From Octopus vulgaris (taxonomy: Eukaryota), in contig OX597817.1 of NCBI GenBank assembly GCA_951406725.2, forward strand, positions 118,978,001 to 119,042,000: a DNA stretch of 64,000 nucleotides, in the 5' to 3' direction. Both the position numbers and the translations under genes were made by a program. Numbering within the stretch: position 1 is the first letter of the stretch; each line of letters starts with the position of its first letter. Below the pieces are notes generated by a model, which ran no database searches, was not told where the DNA came from, and was given only the letters and a program-made list of their open reading frames with translations. Positions 11,291-24,295 of the stretch are shown piece after piece.

Positions 11291-12169
11291 TTATATGTAT
11301 TATTCTATCCTTCTGAACAGAGTCGTTATTTGATGGGTTCACCATGTCACCACAAAGACCATCTATAATTTCTATACAGAAAAAAACACTACATCACTTG
11401 AAAGTGACTGTACTAAGTTGCATATTACTGTTAAAAATTCACTTTATTACTAATCATGGAAACTGAATATAAAAAAAGAAAAAAAAAGGTGAGAGTATTA
11501 TATTGTCTTCTGCAGACCCTCCGCTAAAGAGAATCTTCCTCATCTATCTTCACTAAACTGACATTTTAAGTTTTCCCGCTGTGGTTGGTACTGTTGAGAC
11601 AGTGCGCGTGTTAGAAACAAAGTGCGTGTGGTACAGTAGAAGTTGCTAGAAATTGAGTCAATGTTTAATGTGTATAGTAGTGGAAGGAACTTAGGTTCGA
11701 TTCCCATTTGACGTCTTTCACTTTACTTCTTGTAAAAATCTCCAACGGTAAGTCAATAACTTGGATAAGAATTGATTCCGTCCGACTGGTTTAACTTTGA
11801 CAGACTAGATTAATACGAAACCGTTGGCAGTGACCCATTAAGGAATTATATGGAATGTTTTCATTTTTCCATATAGGTAATGTACTTTAGAACGGCGCAG
11901 CAGAGTGGAAAACAAGCTGACCAATATATTCCAAAACGCCGATTCGTTTCACGATTGAACTTGTGCTGAAATTTTACTTCAAAGAAAAGGCACGAAGACC
12001 ACAATCTCAGCAGTTCCTACCAGTTAAGATCTAAGTTATCGTGACTAAAAAGAATTTAGCCATTTCACAGTATTCAATCGCTTGGAGATTAGTTCTACCA
12101 TACTTATTTCCCTTGTTCATTTGTCGTTCATAACAATCCAAGTCAATGCGTTATTCTTTTATCCATTTA

Positions 12170-12500
12170 CTGGACAGTAAACATACTGGGCATACTATTT
12201 TCAAAAGTTTTAGTCTATTATAATCCACTTAGGTATTTTCATCTGGTCCATATTTTATCGATCTGAACTGCTGAGTTACAAGCCATGCAGAAACAACGTA
12301 AATAAGATCGCTTTTTTAGATCAGTGTATACACAAAAATATGGGCACGCAAACACACATCAGGAGTTTGCACAGTTTCCGTTTTCTAAATTCCGAAAAGT
12401 TGATGGTCAACACGCGACCACATTAGAGAACACTATTATCCAAAGTAAGTGGGATCGAAGCCAGGACTATGCAACTGCAAGCGAACATTTTAACTGCATA
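12170..12500 (-). mobile_element. highly degenerate SINE family B
   Basis: Residual blocks catactgggcatac, gaactgctgagttac, cagtttccgttttctaaattcc. Confidence 0.55.
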
Positions 12501-12584
12501 GTTAGGCGTATGATTGTGTTCTGCAGACCGTCGGATATAGTGAATGTTTCTTCGCATCTGTTATATTGGTGAAACAAATCATGG

Positions 12585-12795
12585 TTTCTGTATTAGGCAT
12601 AAGTCCAGCAATGTATGGGAGTGGGGAAAAGATTAAGTGATACTTTTTACCCCAACACTTGGTTTGTTCTTTATCGTATCTACTCCGAAAAGATGATCGG
12701 CAAAGTTGACCTCGGCGCAATTCGAACTCAGAACGCAAAAAGCTCGAAGAAATACAGCAATGAATTTTGTCCAAACGTTTTAATGATTCTGCTAA
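12585..12795 (-). mobile_element. degenerate SINE family A (tail type 2)
   Basis: ggcaaagttgacctcggcgcaattcgaactcagaacg..atgattctgc. Confidence 0.8.
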
Positions 12796-13264
12796 GAGTG
12801 ACGAAACAGAAATGCTTGGGATACGAATGGGTAACAGAATTTAGCTGGCGAAGAAAGAACAATTCCTAACCGAAATTACAGGGCCTTTAGCAGAAATCAC
12901 TCAACTGGGTACGTCAAATATTTGATTGACTTATGTGATGTGGACTTTATAGTTGAAAACTTTGAATAGCAACATGGCAATATGATGAGGATGGTCGCCC
13001 AGACGGATCAGATGAAGGATTGTAAATGAAAGAATTCTCAATGAAAGAACTCGATGCTGTTTTAAGAGTTTTAGTTTTTTCTTTAAGGATGAAAGCATAT
13101 GAAAACGGAGGCAGATCAAAATAGGAGAGATGGTGGAAGGGAGATAAGGAGAGGGAGAAAGAAAAAGAAGAGAAGTTGAAAATGCGCCGATAAGAAAATA
13201 AAAATCCAAACATTCTTTTTACAATACTTTAACAAAATTTACTTTGTGTGCCAAAACCTAAAAC

Positions 13265-13306
<42 letters not shown>

Positions 13307-13472
13307 TACTTTACATAGGTTGACGCAAGTCAATAAACTCATAAAACACAAAATTGCGTCCAATTCATTTATTTCCTTTTTTTTTATTCATGTCAATGTT
13401 CAGGCATCTTTCTCCACACTCCGTTCGGAAATTTAAAAATTAAGTCTTTTCAAAGTCTAAACAACAGGTTTT

Positions 13473-13506
<34 letters not shown>

Positions 13507-13979
13507 AGTGAGTGTGTGTGTGTGTGTGTGTGTGTGAAAATATTTTATAGTATGTATGTATGCATATGAGCTTTTGCTCAACAGTCGAATTTTACACTCT
13601 ACACTCTCAGGTGTAATTACATGAAAGATCGTTGAGCGTGAAACACGACGTAGTGAGCAAAATTTTTATTTGAATAAATATATATAAATACACTCTCTAT
13701 ACCAATGCATTAAATATAACCTTGTTTTCTTTTTTCTTTCCGTTTTACAAACCATAATATTTGTATATATATGTATAGTAAATCCGTAATTTCAAGGAAA
13801 TCAATATCCACCGATAGACGTATTTCACACTTCAAAAGTTATCGACTTACGAATTCGTTTTATCCACTTTTTATAATAAACGGGGAGTTGTTGTATGTAC
13901 TGTAAGCCAGTACGCATGAGAACAGGTCTCTTGTGATCTAGCGTAACTGTACCATTAGTAATTAACATAACAATATAAA

Positions 13980-14090
13980 ACAATTATAGAAAATATATCT
14001 AGATCTCGAAGCTGGTGTTGTTGCATGGTGAACTTGCATGTGGGAAGGCATCCTGAGCACAAACCAAGACCGCACGGTTTCAGGAATATA
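13980..14090 (+). pseudogene. short RTE LINE ORF remnant
   Basis: Translates to ISKLVLLHGELACG(K/R)HPEHKPR, resembling RTE RIPK.LLYGEL..G.R..G.PR. Confidence 0.4.
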
Positions 14091-14100
14091 TCTTTTAACA

Positions 14101-14240
14101 TTTAGCGGTTCGGCAAAAGAGACCGATAGAATAAGTACTGGGCTTACAAAGAATAAGTCCCGGGGTTGATTTGCTCGACTAAAGGCGGTACTCCAGCATG
14201 GCCGCAGTCAAATGACTGAAACAAGTAAAAGAGTAAAAGA
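14101..14240 (+). mobile_element. SINE family B 3' fragment
   Basis: Near-consensus ttagcggttcggcaaaagagaccgatagaataagtac...gactgaaacaagtaaaagagtaaaaga. Confidence 0.92.
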
Positions 14241-14269
14241 GAGAGAGTTACCTGTATCGTTCATAGGAT

Positions 14270-14710
14270 ATCGGCCAAGCTGGAGCACCGCCTTCAACGG
14301 TTTAGCGGCTACACTTTAGCCGAACGAAATCGACCCAGTACTTTTTTATTTATTTATTTATTTATTTTTTCCTTCTTCTAAACTCTAGTATTTATTCAAT
14401 CGATCTCACTTTTGCCGAACTGTTAAGTCACGGAAACCTAAACAAACCGACATCGGTTGTCAAGCAGTGGTAGGGGACAAAGACACATACACATTCTTTT
14501 GCTTGTTTCAGTAATTAGACTGCGGCCATGCTGGGGCATCAACTTGAAGAATTTTTAGTCGAACAAATAACTCCAGCACTTATTTTTTAAAACCTGGTAG
14601 TACTTATACTATCGGTCACTTTTTGCCAAACTGCTAAGTTACGGGGACGTAACAAACCAACACCGGTTGTGAAGCGGTGATGGGGGGCAAACACAGGCGC
14701 AAAGACACAC
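14270..14710 (-). mobile_element. two tandem SINE family B 3' halves
   Basis: Reverse-complement B tails at about 14270-14490 and 14494-14710. Confidence 0.85.
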
Positions 14711-15092
14711 ACATACATATGGTTATATATGATAAGAAAACTGGGAAACGTCCTGGCTAGATCGTAAGTTATACAAAATCAATTATTTCGTGTCGTAACT
14801 TAACATGCTGCTGGTTCTGAATTCAATACGGAATATACAGAGATACCATTAAAAATGAAATCATAACACTTTTAACACACGGTAGGAGACAGTATGAACT
14901 TCTAAACCTACCATATACTTCGAAGTATATTATGGTTTCAAAATTAAATACTGATTCTTTGCCAGCAATTAAAAATCAACGTGTGTTCATATGTGCACAC
15001 ATTTAAAAATAGGTGACTCAGTTCCACATTAAGCAACCCATTATCAAAAGTTCTAAAAACTCCAAGAACAATGTTTAAATGCATTCACCCAC

Positions 15093-15446
<354 letters not shown>

Positions 15447-15447
15447 C

Positions 15448-15481
<34 letters not shown>

Positions 15482-15485
<4 letters not shown>

Positions 15486-15686
15486 CGTGTGTACCGTTAG
15501 CGATTTTTTTTCCTCTGTCTTCCCTTCTCTGGATCTTTCCTTCTCCTATGTTTCCGACGAAGAGCTCCGCTCGAAACGTTAGACCCTCCTTCTTCCCTTC
15601 TTTCCTGAGCGTCCAATAATACTATATTTGTTCCACGTCCTCGCGTTGTTGTTTTTTTTTTGTGTTTTCTTGTTTGGATTAACTTT
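15482..15686 (+). mobile_element. short Penelope-like element with minimal hammerhead motif
   Basis: gttt-CCGACGA-a-GAGC-tcc-GCTC-GAAAC-GTT-agac at 15550-15584; pyrimidine-rich body; flanked by (TA)n. Confidence 0.65.
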
Positions 15687-15698
15687 ATATATATATAT

Positions 15699-16000
15699 AA
15701 GGGTAAAGACCCCCTTCGGTCATGAATGACCATGGGATAGAACCTAGAAAGTTACCCTCCGAGGGACAAGTCCGGGCAAGGATGTTCATAGAAGGCCAGC
15801 AGTCGCCCATGCGTAACAAACTCCCATCTCTACGTCACCGATGTGATCCAAGGGAAAGACAAAAGCCGATACAGCTTGGCACTAGTGCTGTAGCAACTAA
15901 TTTCTACACCTGAGTGAACTGGAGCAACATGAAATAAAGTATCTTGTTCAAGAACACAATACACAGCCCGGCCCAGGCATCGAACTCACTACCTCATGAT
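15699..16000 (-). mobile_element. SINE family C head with a different 3' module (RTE-like tail)
   Basis: Minus strand: GAGTTCGATGCC, TTCTTGAACAAGATACTTTATTTCATGTTGCTCCAGTTCACTCAG, ending ATGGTCATTCATGACCGAAGGGGGTCTTTACCCT. Confidence 0.8.
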
Positions 16001-16029
16001 TATATATATATATGCGTGTGTGTGGTTCA

Positions 16030-16200
16030 AAGGTACAGAAAGCAAAAGACAGAGTGCAGGTGTATTTAGTTTAACGCTCGGGAAAAAATAGAAAAGTTTT
16101 TGACGTTTCGAGCCAACGCTCTTCGAAAGAAATGGATGAGAGGGGGAAAATGAAGAGTGAGAGAGAGAGAAAAATCCTGTCGGGACTAATGGTTCCACAC
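16030..16200 (-). mobile_element. short Penelope-like element with degenerate hammerhead motif
   Basis: Minus strand CTTTCGA-a-GAGC-gttg-GCTC-GAAAC-GTC-aaaa (16102-16129), followed by cccgagcgttaaactaaatacacctg, as in copies 34482 and 53727. Confidence 0.65.
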
Positions 16201-17464
16201 ACAAACAGATGTATTAAAACTAAAATAAAACTCTAAAAAATCATATTTGTTTTTTAATGATTCTATTTTTAATAGAATATGGAAGAATCATGGTGACTTT
16301 TAGACGTTAGACAACAAAATGAAAATAAAAACAGGATATAGAAAATGACGACTGACAGGTTCGATTCATCAGAGATCCCATGACAAAAAGAAATGTCACC
16401 ACTACATTGCTATCAACAAACAATATTATAAACAATAAACAAAGGATGAATATGTTCACTCTTACAACCACCACCACCACCACCCACATTACCACGTCAA
16501 TTCAACCACGCCTACCTCTTTCATCGCCACCCCACATCAACTATCAGTTTCCAATAACTTGTGTAAATATTTCGACGGGTGGGGGATGCCAGTCGACGAC
16601 CACGACGACAACGATGAGGAGGAGGAAGTGGGGGATACCTGACCTTCTTAAAACTCTTTCAAAATCGAAATATCTCAAATTTAACAGAATCTCTGTTCTC
16701 AGAATCTGGTCTCCATCCTTTTACAATAAGATATCAGTGAAAAATCTAATAGCAAAACGTCCAAATTGCTGTTACTTGAGGCGTCTGGATGAGACGTGGA
16801 ACAGTTCGTATGAAAGAAAGAAACAACAGCGTAAATAACAACAATAATAATCTTCGTCGTCATATGATGTTATTTGAGAAAGAAATTGAAAGTACCTAGG
16901 TGCGTTTGAAAGCTGAGAGGGAAGAGTAGAGAGGGAACCAAAGACAGAGTGTGGACAAGAGGTAATGGGGTCACATTTGCATAAGATCCCTGTAACAGAG
17001 TATAAGTAGGGAAAGGGTATTACTAAAACTAAGTGAGGAAAGATGCTTTTCTCACAGCAATGAACGGACGGATACATTAAACATGGTTCATACGAACAAT
17101 AATAATGAATAATAATAATAATAATAATAAAGTGTGGCTCATCAAGGTCGTAGCTGTAGTCGTCGTGATAAATGAGTTAAAGCAAGAGATTTAACGGAAG
17201 AAGAAGATAGAATGTTATAATTAAGAAACTGGAGATTATAAAGGCAAGTGGAGATGTTGACATCACGTTGTATGACTGACCTGCCAGGTAGAGAAAAGTG
17301 TTTGGTGGTGGGAGGAGAAGAAGATGAGATGAGTGTAATTAGCAGTGGTGGTGGTGGGAGGAGTGCTGTTGAAAGGCGAAGGGAGGGACCATCGATTTAA
17401 AATGATTACGATGACAACGATGATGATGATAATGATGATGATAACGACGACTATGACGAACACA

Positions 17465-17576
17465 GATCAGCCCTGATCTAACAGATCTGTGTGATCAAAG
17501 GCATTCCAAACGTGACCAATCCATTTTTTCCCAGTGTTTTAAGGAAGCCAGTACCACTTTAAACAAGGTGGCTTCG

Positions 17577-17656
<80 letters not shown>

Positions 17657-17730
17657 CTGTAGAGTGTTGTTTTAGACAGATTTGGTTGCTCTTTTTAGCA
17701 GTTCGAGCGACGAGCATGTAGAGGTTACCT
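17465..17730 (-). mobile_element. element D interrupted by (TA)n(GA)n
   Basis: tcagccctgatctaacagatctgtgtgatcaaaggcattcc ... agatttggttgctctttttagcagttcgagcga. Confidence 0.7.
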
Positions 17731-17775
17731 CATGGAATAGTTCCTTTCGAAGTGAATTAAAAAGAAGACAAAGCG

Positions 17776-17850
<75 letters not shown>

Positions 17851-18550
17851 GAGAGAGAGTGAGAAACTGATGGATGGATGGATGGATGGATGGATACAGA
17901 GTGACATACGAAAGAAAGATAAAGAAAAGAGACAGAAAGGGGCACAGAGTTTTGTATAAACCTCCTAATAGAAAAACTAAATGATGATAAACGAATTAAA
18001 AACATCTCTCACACACACACGTGCACGCGCATATCAGACAACTGATATGACTTGCACCATGCTGTAATCGAATATCATTTATATCACTTGTTTGATATCG
18101 TATAAAACACACCACACACCGCGATCACAACAACAACAACAACAACAACAACAGCAAATATACAGAAAATCACCAGTAAAATTCGGAGAAAAGACACGAG
18201 CGCACAAAATGACGACGGCAATGATAATGATGGTGATGATTGTTAAAAAAAAAGTATACAACACGAAACAAAATGAAAACCGAAGAGAGAAAACGCAAAC
18301 GACTGGCAGAGGTATGATTTAAAAAGGACTTGAATACATTCGTTTCGTTGGCCGATAAAACCAAATGGATGCGTGTAGGCACAGACCTAACACACCCGCC
18401 GCCGCCGCCGCCACCACCACCACCACTACAACTACTACTACTACCGTAAGCAGACGAAGGACTCTTTAATATAACCACACGACTTGCTAGACATAGCAGC
18501 CAAATTACACTTCAATCCCCGTCGTGTTGTTTCAGGAAATAAATATATAG

Positions 18551-18614
<64 letters not shown>

Positions 18615-18763
18615 TGGATAATGCAGGTTTTAAGATAATTCATCGCTGAAAAGAAGGCACAACCATGACATGATTTAATTTTATCCTAAATAATAAATGA
18701 GTAGAAACCGAACCGGTGAGTGTGTTAATAAGGTATGAAAACAGAATGACTCTCCCCAGATAT

Positions 18764-18802
<39 letters not shown>

Positions 18803-18865
18803 TAATCCAAACGGGAAACAAAAAAACAACAACAAGGGAACAATATATATATTATATGGAAGCAG

Positions 18866-18907
<42 letters not shown>

Positions 18908-19610
18908 GTGCGTGTGTGTATGTGTGTGTGTGAGGCGAGCATGTAAAAAAACAAAAAATATATGTATGTGTTAGTGTGTGCGTCTGTGTGTAGGCGTGTG
19001 AGGTAGGGCGAGACGGTGGTCAGCATAGCAGCAGCATAGCAGACAAAGGTCAGTAGTGAGAAAAGGGAGGAAGGAGGAAGGGAGGGAGGGGAAGGGGTGG
19101 GGGCGTATGTAGCGTGCCAGCGTGTGTTGAGTGGTAGTGTGTGTGTGTGTCCAGTGTCGTGGTAGTATTAGTGGCGAGTAGATTGAATGTGTGTAAGAGT
19201 GAGGTATATGTTTAAGCAATGTGTGTATATGTGTGCGCGTGTGTGTAACGAAAAAAAAAAGGGGGGGGGTTTAGGAAAAGGACTCCAGCGGAGGGGAAGA
19301 TGGAGGAGTGGTCCCGCGGAGACGGGCGTGGGAAAACCCAACGACACGCGACATATGCGCGTGTGTATGTGTGCGAGCATGTATGCGGGTATGCATATAT
19401 TTTTGGGCGAATGTGTGGGTGAGCATGTATGTGTTTCAAGTGAGGGTGGATGAATATATAGTTATAGGCGCATGTACGTAGGTGTGCGGGCGCGCATGTG
19501 TAGGTATGGACATGCGCGCTTAGGCGAATACTATGAACATTTTTACTCCCTTCCCTCACTTAGCGGTCATTCTAATAGCTCTTTTGTCTTAATAACGGTT
19601 ATGATTCTCC

Positions 19611-19708
19611 TGGGGGTGTTGAAAAGTTCCTGTCTTTAAGGGTATCGCGAAAGGCCTGGTTGGCGGCCCAACCTTTCGAGTTCTTTTACAGGGCTCAGAA
19701 AAACTGAA
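19611..19708 (+). mobile_element. mariner-type terminal fragment
   Basis: GGGGGTGTTGAAAAGTTCCTGTCTT resembles the mariner TIR pattern (TA)CGAGGGGGTGCTGAAAAGTTCC; partner end not found. Confidence 0.5.
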
Positions 19709-19821
19709 TAATCATCGTCGTTGTCAGAAATCAGTAAGGGTTCGCTCCCCTGCTTCCAACACACACACACACACATATATATATAATTATATATACACAC
19801 AGACAGAAAGACAGATACACA

Positions 19822-19946
19822 CTAGCAATGCACCCCGGCGTTGCCTGGGTGTTATGGCCTACAGCCACATTGTATTATTTGTTCCCTTCTTATGGGCAGA
19901 GTCGACTCACGAGGAGTATGAAGCAAACAAATCATCTTTATAAATA
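19822..19946 (-). mobile_element. short non-autonomous Helitron-like element
   Basis: Minus-strand 3' end: hairpin CCCAGGCAACGCCGGGG shortly before CTAG|T; 5' end degenerate. Confidence 0.5.
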
Positions 19947-21110
19947 TGTTTTTCGGTCATTTTCTGATGAACAGCGCTGCAATTTCCGTCTACCATATTG
20001 AGTCACAAGTCTGTGGTTGGCCTACGGCTATTAGTAGAAAACACTTGCCCAAAGTTCCATGCAGAGGGACTGAACGTAGAACCATGTGGTTGGGAAGCAA
20101 ACTTCTCAACTGCAAAATCATTCTTGCACCTAATGTGTGTGTGTTTACATTTGTTGTTCAATCGAATATTGTGTGCTACTATGTCTCAAAGTTCATCAGG
20201 CAGAGATCTATAAAATAAATACTAGACTGAAATACGTACTAAATTTTTTAAGGTGATACCCCATCATGGCGACAATCGAAAGACTAGACCCAATAAAATA
20301 TGTTTTAAGACTTAATCGCTTCTAATTTAAGGCAATGGATTACTTAATCACTTCAAATCTAAGGCAATGGATTACGAACCACAAGATAATGAGTTCAAAA
20401 CTTTGAATTGAAGTTCCATTCTATACGATAACACTATATGTACATCTCAGTCTTCTTTACTTCCAACAGTTAACAATTGTAATTTGAAATTGAATGGTTA
20501 GCAGTAAGAAAGATGTCCAGATTTCTTTAAAAATTATTGTGCAAAATTTTCTGAGAAAAAAAATTTTTTTCATCACAACAAAACACACACACACACAGGT
20601 GTTTCTGTGATAAGTTGAGCTACTACAGATAGCAGCCAAATCTCTCTTAAAGCATACCCTTTCATCAAATGAAAGATACAGATTTACAGTATTTCAGCAA
20701 GAAAAAAAATCTCTGCGATGGGTATGCTACATCAAAGGCAACTCTGGGCCAAACAAAACACAAACATACTTCACATTAAAAGATTATCTACTAAATAATA
20801 TTAATAAAGTTGACAGTATATCTTTGTAGTTTCATTCCATCAAATTGTTCAGGCAGAGTTGCCTCATTTCGCTAAAGACCTCAAAATTGCGCGACCCGAC
20901 CTCGTTTGCGAGGTTATTTTTGTAGTAAAACAGAGTCATTGTGTAAAAAAACATACTTTTTTGGTAACTGAAAGATTATTGAATCTTTTGATACCTCATA
21001 CGTCAAAATCGGCAACCAGTTTTCAAATTCATACACATACACACAATCCCAGTTTTATTATTTCTGCCCTTACGCTGCAGCCATGCTGGAGCACCGCCAA
21101 TAGCTATAGC

Positions 21111-21205
<95 letters not shown>

Positions 21206-21217
21206 GGGAGAGAGAAT

Positions 21218-21445
21218 GCGCGTGACATAGTGATCAGGGCGTTACACCAACAATCGCAAAACAGAGATTTCGATTAGCGAATTAGGTGGTCAGGTGGAAC
21301 GTTGTGTTTTTTGAGCAAGTCACTTTATTTCACTTTGCTCAAGTCCGCTCATGAATAATCCTGCAATGGACTGGTGTCCCGGGGTATGTTGTTATCTAGC
21401 CATGGAAACTGAGTAGCCGGCTCTTATGAGTCATAGGACTCGAGA
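21218..21445 (+). mobile_element. degenerate SINE family C (V-like module)
   Basis: ttgagcaagtcactttatttcactttgctc..cctgcaatggactggtgtccc..tatgagtcatagg; same layout as 5265-5511. Confidence 0.75.
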
Positions 21446-21489
21446 CAAATAATGTCCAGCAGTTCGGGAAGATACCATCCATAGAGCCC

Positions 21490-21615
21490 AATGCTGGGCT
21501 GATTCGTTACTCTATAGACCTCAGAGAGATGAAATACCAAGGTGACTTTGAACTCAGAACGTAAAGTGCTAGAAGCATTTCGTCTGACGCTGTAACGAGT
21601 CTACCAGCTCGCAAC
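21490..21615 (-). mobile_element. degenerate SINE family A
   Basis: ttgaactcagaacgtaaag..agcatttcgtctgacg..ctaccagctcgc. Confidence 0.7.
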
Positions 21616-22659
21616 CCGGAACGTTAAAGAATAATAAAGATAATATGCATTGTGAATTTACTATTGAGAGATTTGGTTGCTATTCTGTTTTCTTTTTGTT
21701 CCATAATAAGATGGTTTGCCTCAGTCCAGTTTACTCGGTTAAACCAGATAAGGTAGCTCCCTGTTGAATTTATAAATTTCACAGTTAAATTATATTAACA
21801 TATTTCATGACTATTCTTCAATTGAAATAAAATTATCAATATTTTGTTTTTGAAATTCAAATGTGGATACAAGATTTGTTTGAATTGTTTCTACTTTTCA
21901 TAATGTCTGTGCTGCATAAATCTTTAAAAAGTGAAAAAGAGAAGAAAAAAAGAGAGAGAGAAGAAAATAATATATCTATTACATTTCGGCGGTGTAATCC
22001 CTCCGTGAGCACTTGATAAAATGAGCGTCATTAATATATTCCTTCGGTTAAAAAAAAGAATGTTTTTGTCTCTGCTCATTGTTAAAATAAACAGCATCTT
22101 TAAATAGTCCTCAAACTAGCACTAAATGCAAATTAGGTATCCCATGTGGAAACTAATAATCATTTCTATTCACCGCTCGCTAAACGCCAACGCCAAGTTA
22201 TTCACACCACACACAACACACTCATACATTGATTTTACTAAACAAATTTTTAGCTCGAGCTCCTAAAAATAGCTGCTACATTTCCCTTAAATTACAGCCT
22301 ACCGTCTTAAAACATAACATTTTAAACTCTCAGTAACGTAACAGTAGAATACATGACGTCTGAAAGCTCGAACTCTCTTCAATAAAGGCTAACCTACAAA
22401 CAACAAATGAAGAAACCTTTACATGGTCGCTCAAAATATCGTAAACGTAGGATATTTCAGCTAAAATCTCCCCCAGAACATATCATGCTGTCTTTAAGAA
22501 AGGACATACTGAATAATATAATAATACACAATGCTTGAATATAAAAGACAATGTTACGGCTGGAATATCTGATGTTTGTCCATCAGCTCCCATGATGACC
22601 TCTTCTTTTGTTTCTGTATTCTTTCATGATGTACATTTCAATCCTTGATACAAAGCTCC

Positions 22660-24295
22660 GGTCACAGCCAGGGTTGGTTGGAGAGATCATATATTAACCT
22701 AGGTGCATACCCTTTTCCTTGCTTCTCCTTGTAGTATTTGAATACGTTTCTCTTTCCTAACTTTAATCCTCTTTCAAAGGAAGATAGTGGGACGGATAAC
22801 GATATCTCTTGCACATTTGAAGGACTGATGTTGCTCCTTTTCAAAGTGACCTTCGGTAGGTCTTTGACCCGATTCTTTGGTCCTTCAGCCAGGCGTCGAA
22901 CATGGCGCAGTTGACCGTAGAGCATCTGACAAGAGAGAGGAGCACGACATGTCACTTCAACTTCAGTTTGTTTTTGAATTCAATTCTGAATTCAATGTAG
23001 TTGGGGTTGGTTCGACGAAAGATTTTGTGTGCATAGCATTAACACACCAGAAGACTGATAACATCTAGAAACACACAATATTAAAAGTCTCCAAAGTCCT
23101 AATGTATCAGTTGTATGAACTATTTGCATCTAGAAAGTGGTATGGAAGCTAAGGTGGATGTTTAGAAAAAACTATTAGTCTCCAAAAGAAGCCTGTCTGA
23201 GATAACATAGAATTTGCTCAGCAGCCGTTGAAATGATACTGCCTAGGTGTTCTATCGGAAAGATGTGCCCTGTAATTGATGCAATGAAAAAGTGTGGTGT
23301 GTCTGCGTGGGGAGAGAGAGTAGGAGGGCGTTGCGGTGTTTCTTTGGCAAATAATCTCAGTTTTCTTGACATTGATTGTCAGGTTCATTCTTTCATAATC
23401 TATAGCAGTTGCTCAGACGATGATTCGTAGGTCTACTAGAGTACAGCTATCAGCATTCATTCAGTCGTTCAATTTATTCAGAGCTGTGCTTGATGATGAT
23501 GATGGCTTGCAACCCTCTGATGCTGGAAAAGTTTCCGGTGAGTCAAAAGTAAACAATGACTTTCGCTCTCCTTTCAATTATTCTGTGTGTGTGTGTGTGT
23601 GGAGAGGGAGTGTCATACAAATAAGGCAGATATGAAACAGAACGGTAGCCAATACGTAACCTTACCTAACTCCTGTTCTTAAAATAAAAGGCTCACCAAA
23701 ATGAACTTGAGCCATCATCCTTGTGTGTAAATAGTGAAGGAGTTCACACGAATTTGAGTGAGCAACCAAATTTTCTGAGAACATTCCACAAACGTTCCTT
23801 GTTTACAATATCAAAAGTATTTGATAGATTCGCAAATGTAATAAACAAGACTTGATATTTCATTCTGACAATTCTCCTGAAACTGCCTTGCAACGAAGAT
23901 CATGTCCACCCTGCCTCTGTCTCTACAGAAGCCACACTGTAACTATATAGTTTCTGATATTGAGTGGACCAGTTTCTTTTTAGCACGATCTTGTTCCAAG
24001 ATTTCTCCAGCAATGAACAAGGGCGAAAGGACCCACACTTTAGGAACAAACAGATTCACTCCACTCCTTGTTTTTTTTTTGTTTTTTTTTCATTTTCTTT
24101 CATAAATGACAACAGTATTGGTATCCTCCAGTGTTAAAGCATTCGCCCCTGGTTTCACGTTTCTCTGAGCGTAGCAGTGAAGCGTTCTTGTGTAGAGTTA
24201 ACATGATTCCTTCAAGACCTTTAAACGTGTCAAAGTTCTCCTCTAATTTAAATGTTCTGATGGCAACTTCAGTAAAGGTCGTTGAATATAAAATG
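22660..24295 (-). pseudogene. RTE-clade LINE reverse transcriptase pseudogene
   Basis: Minus-strand peptides in canonical RTE order, with stops and frameshifts: TTFTEVAIRTFK; LFIAGEIL; QCGFCRDRGRVDMIFVARQFQENC (from 23939); FANLSNTFDIVNKERLWNVLRKFGC; EPFILRTGVR*GYVLATVLF; LTGNFSSIRGLQA; ADSCTL (decayed YADD); NLTINVKKTE; HLGSIIS; QMLYGQLRHVRRLAEGPKNRVKD. Confidence 0.9.

Noticed and set aside
14913-14930. Short palindromes (ATATACTTCGAAGTATAT; also 1138-1159 and 24538-24565)
   Set aside because: Arms of 9-11 bp in AT-rich DNA are not clearly beyond chance in 64 kb.
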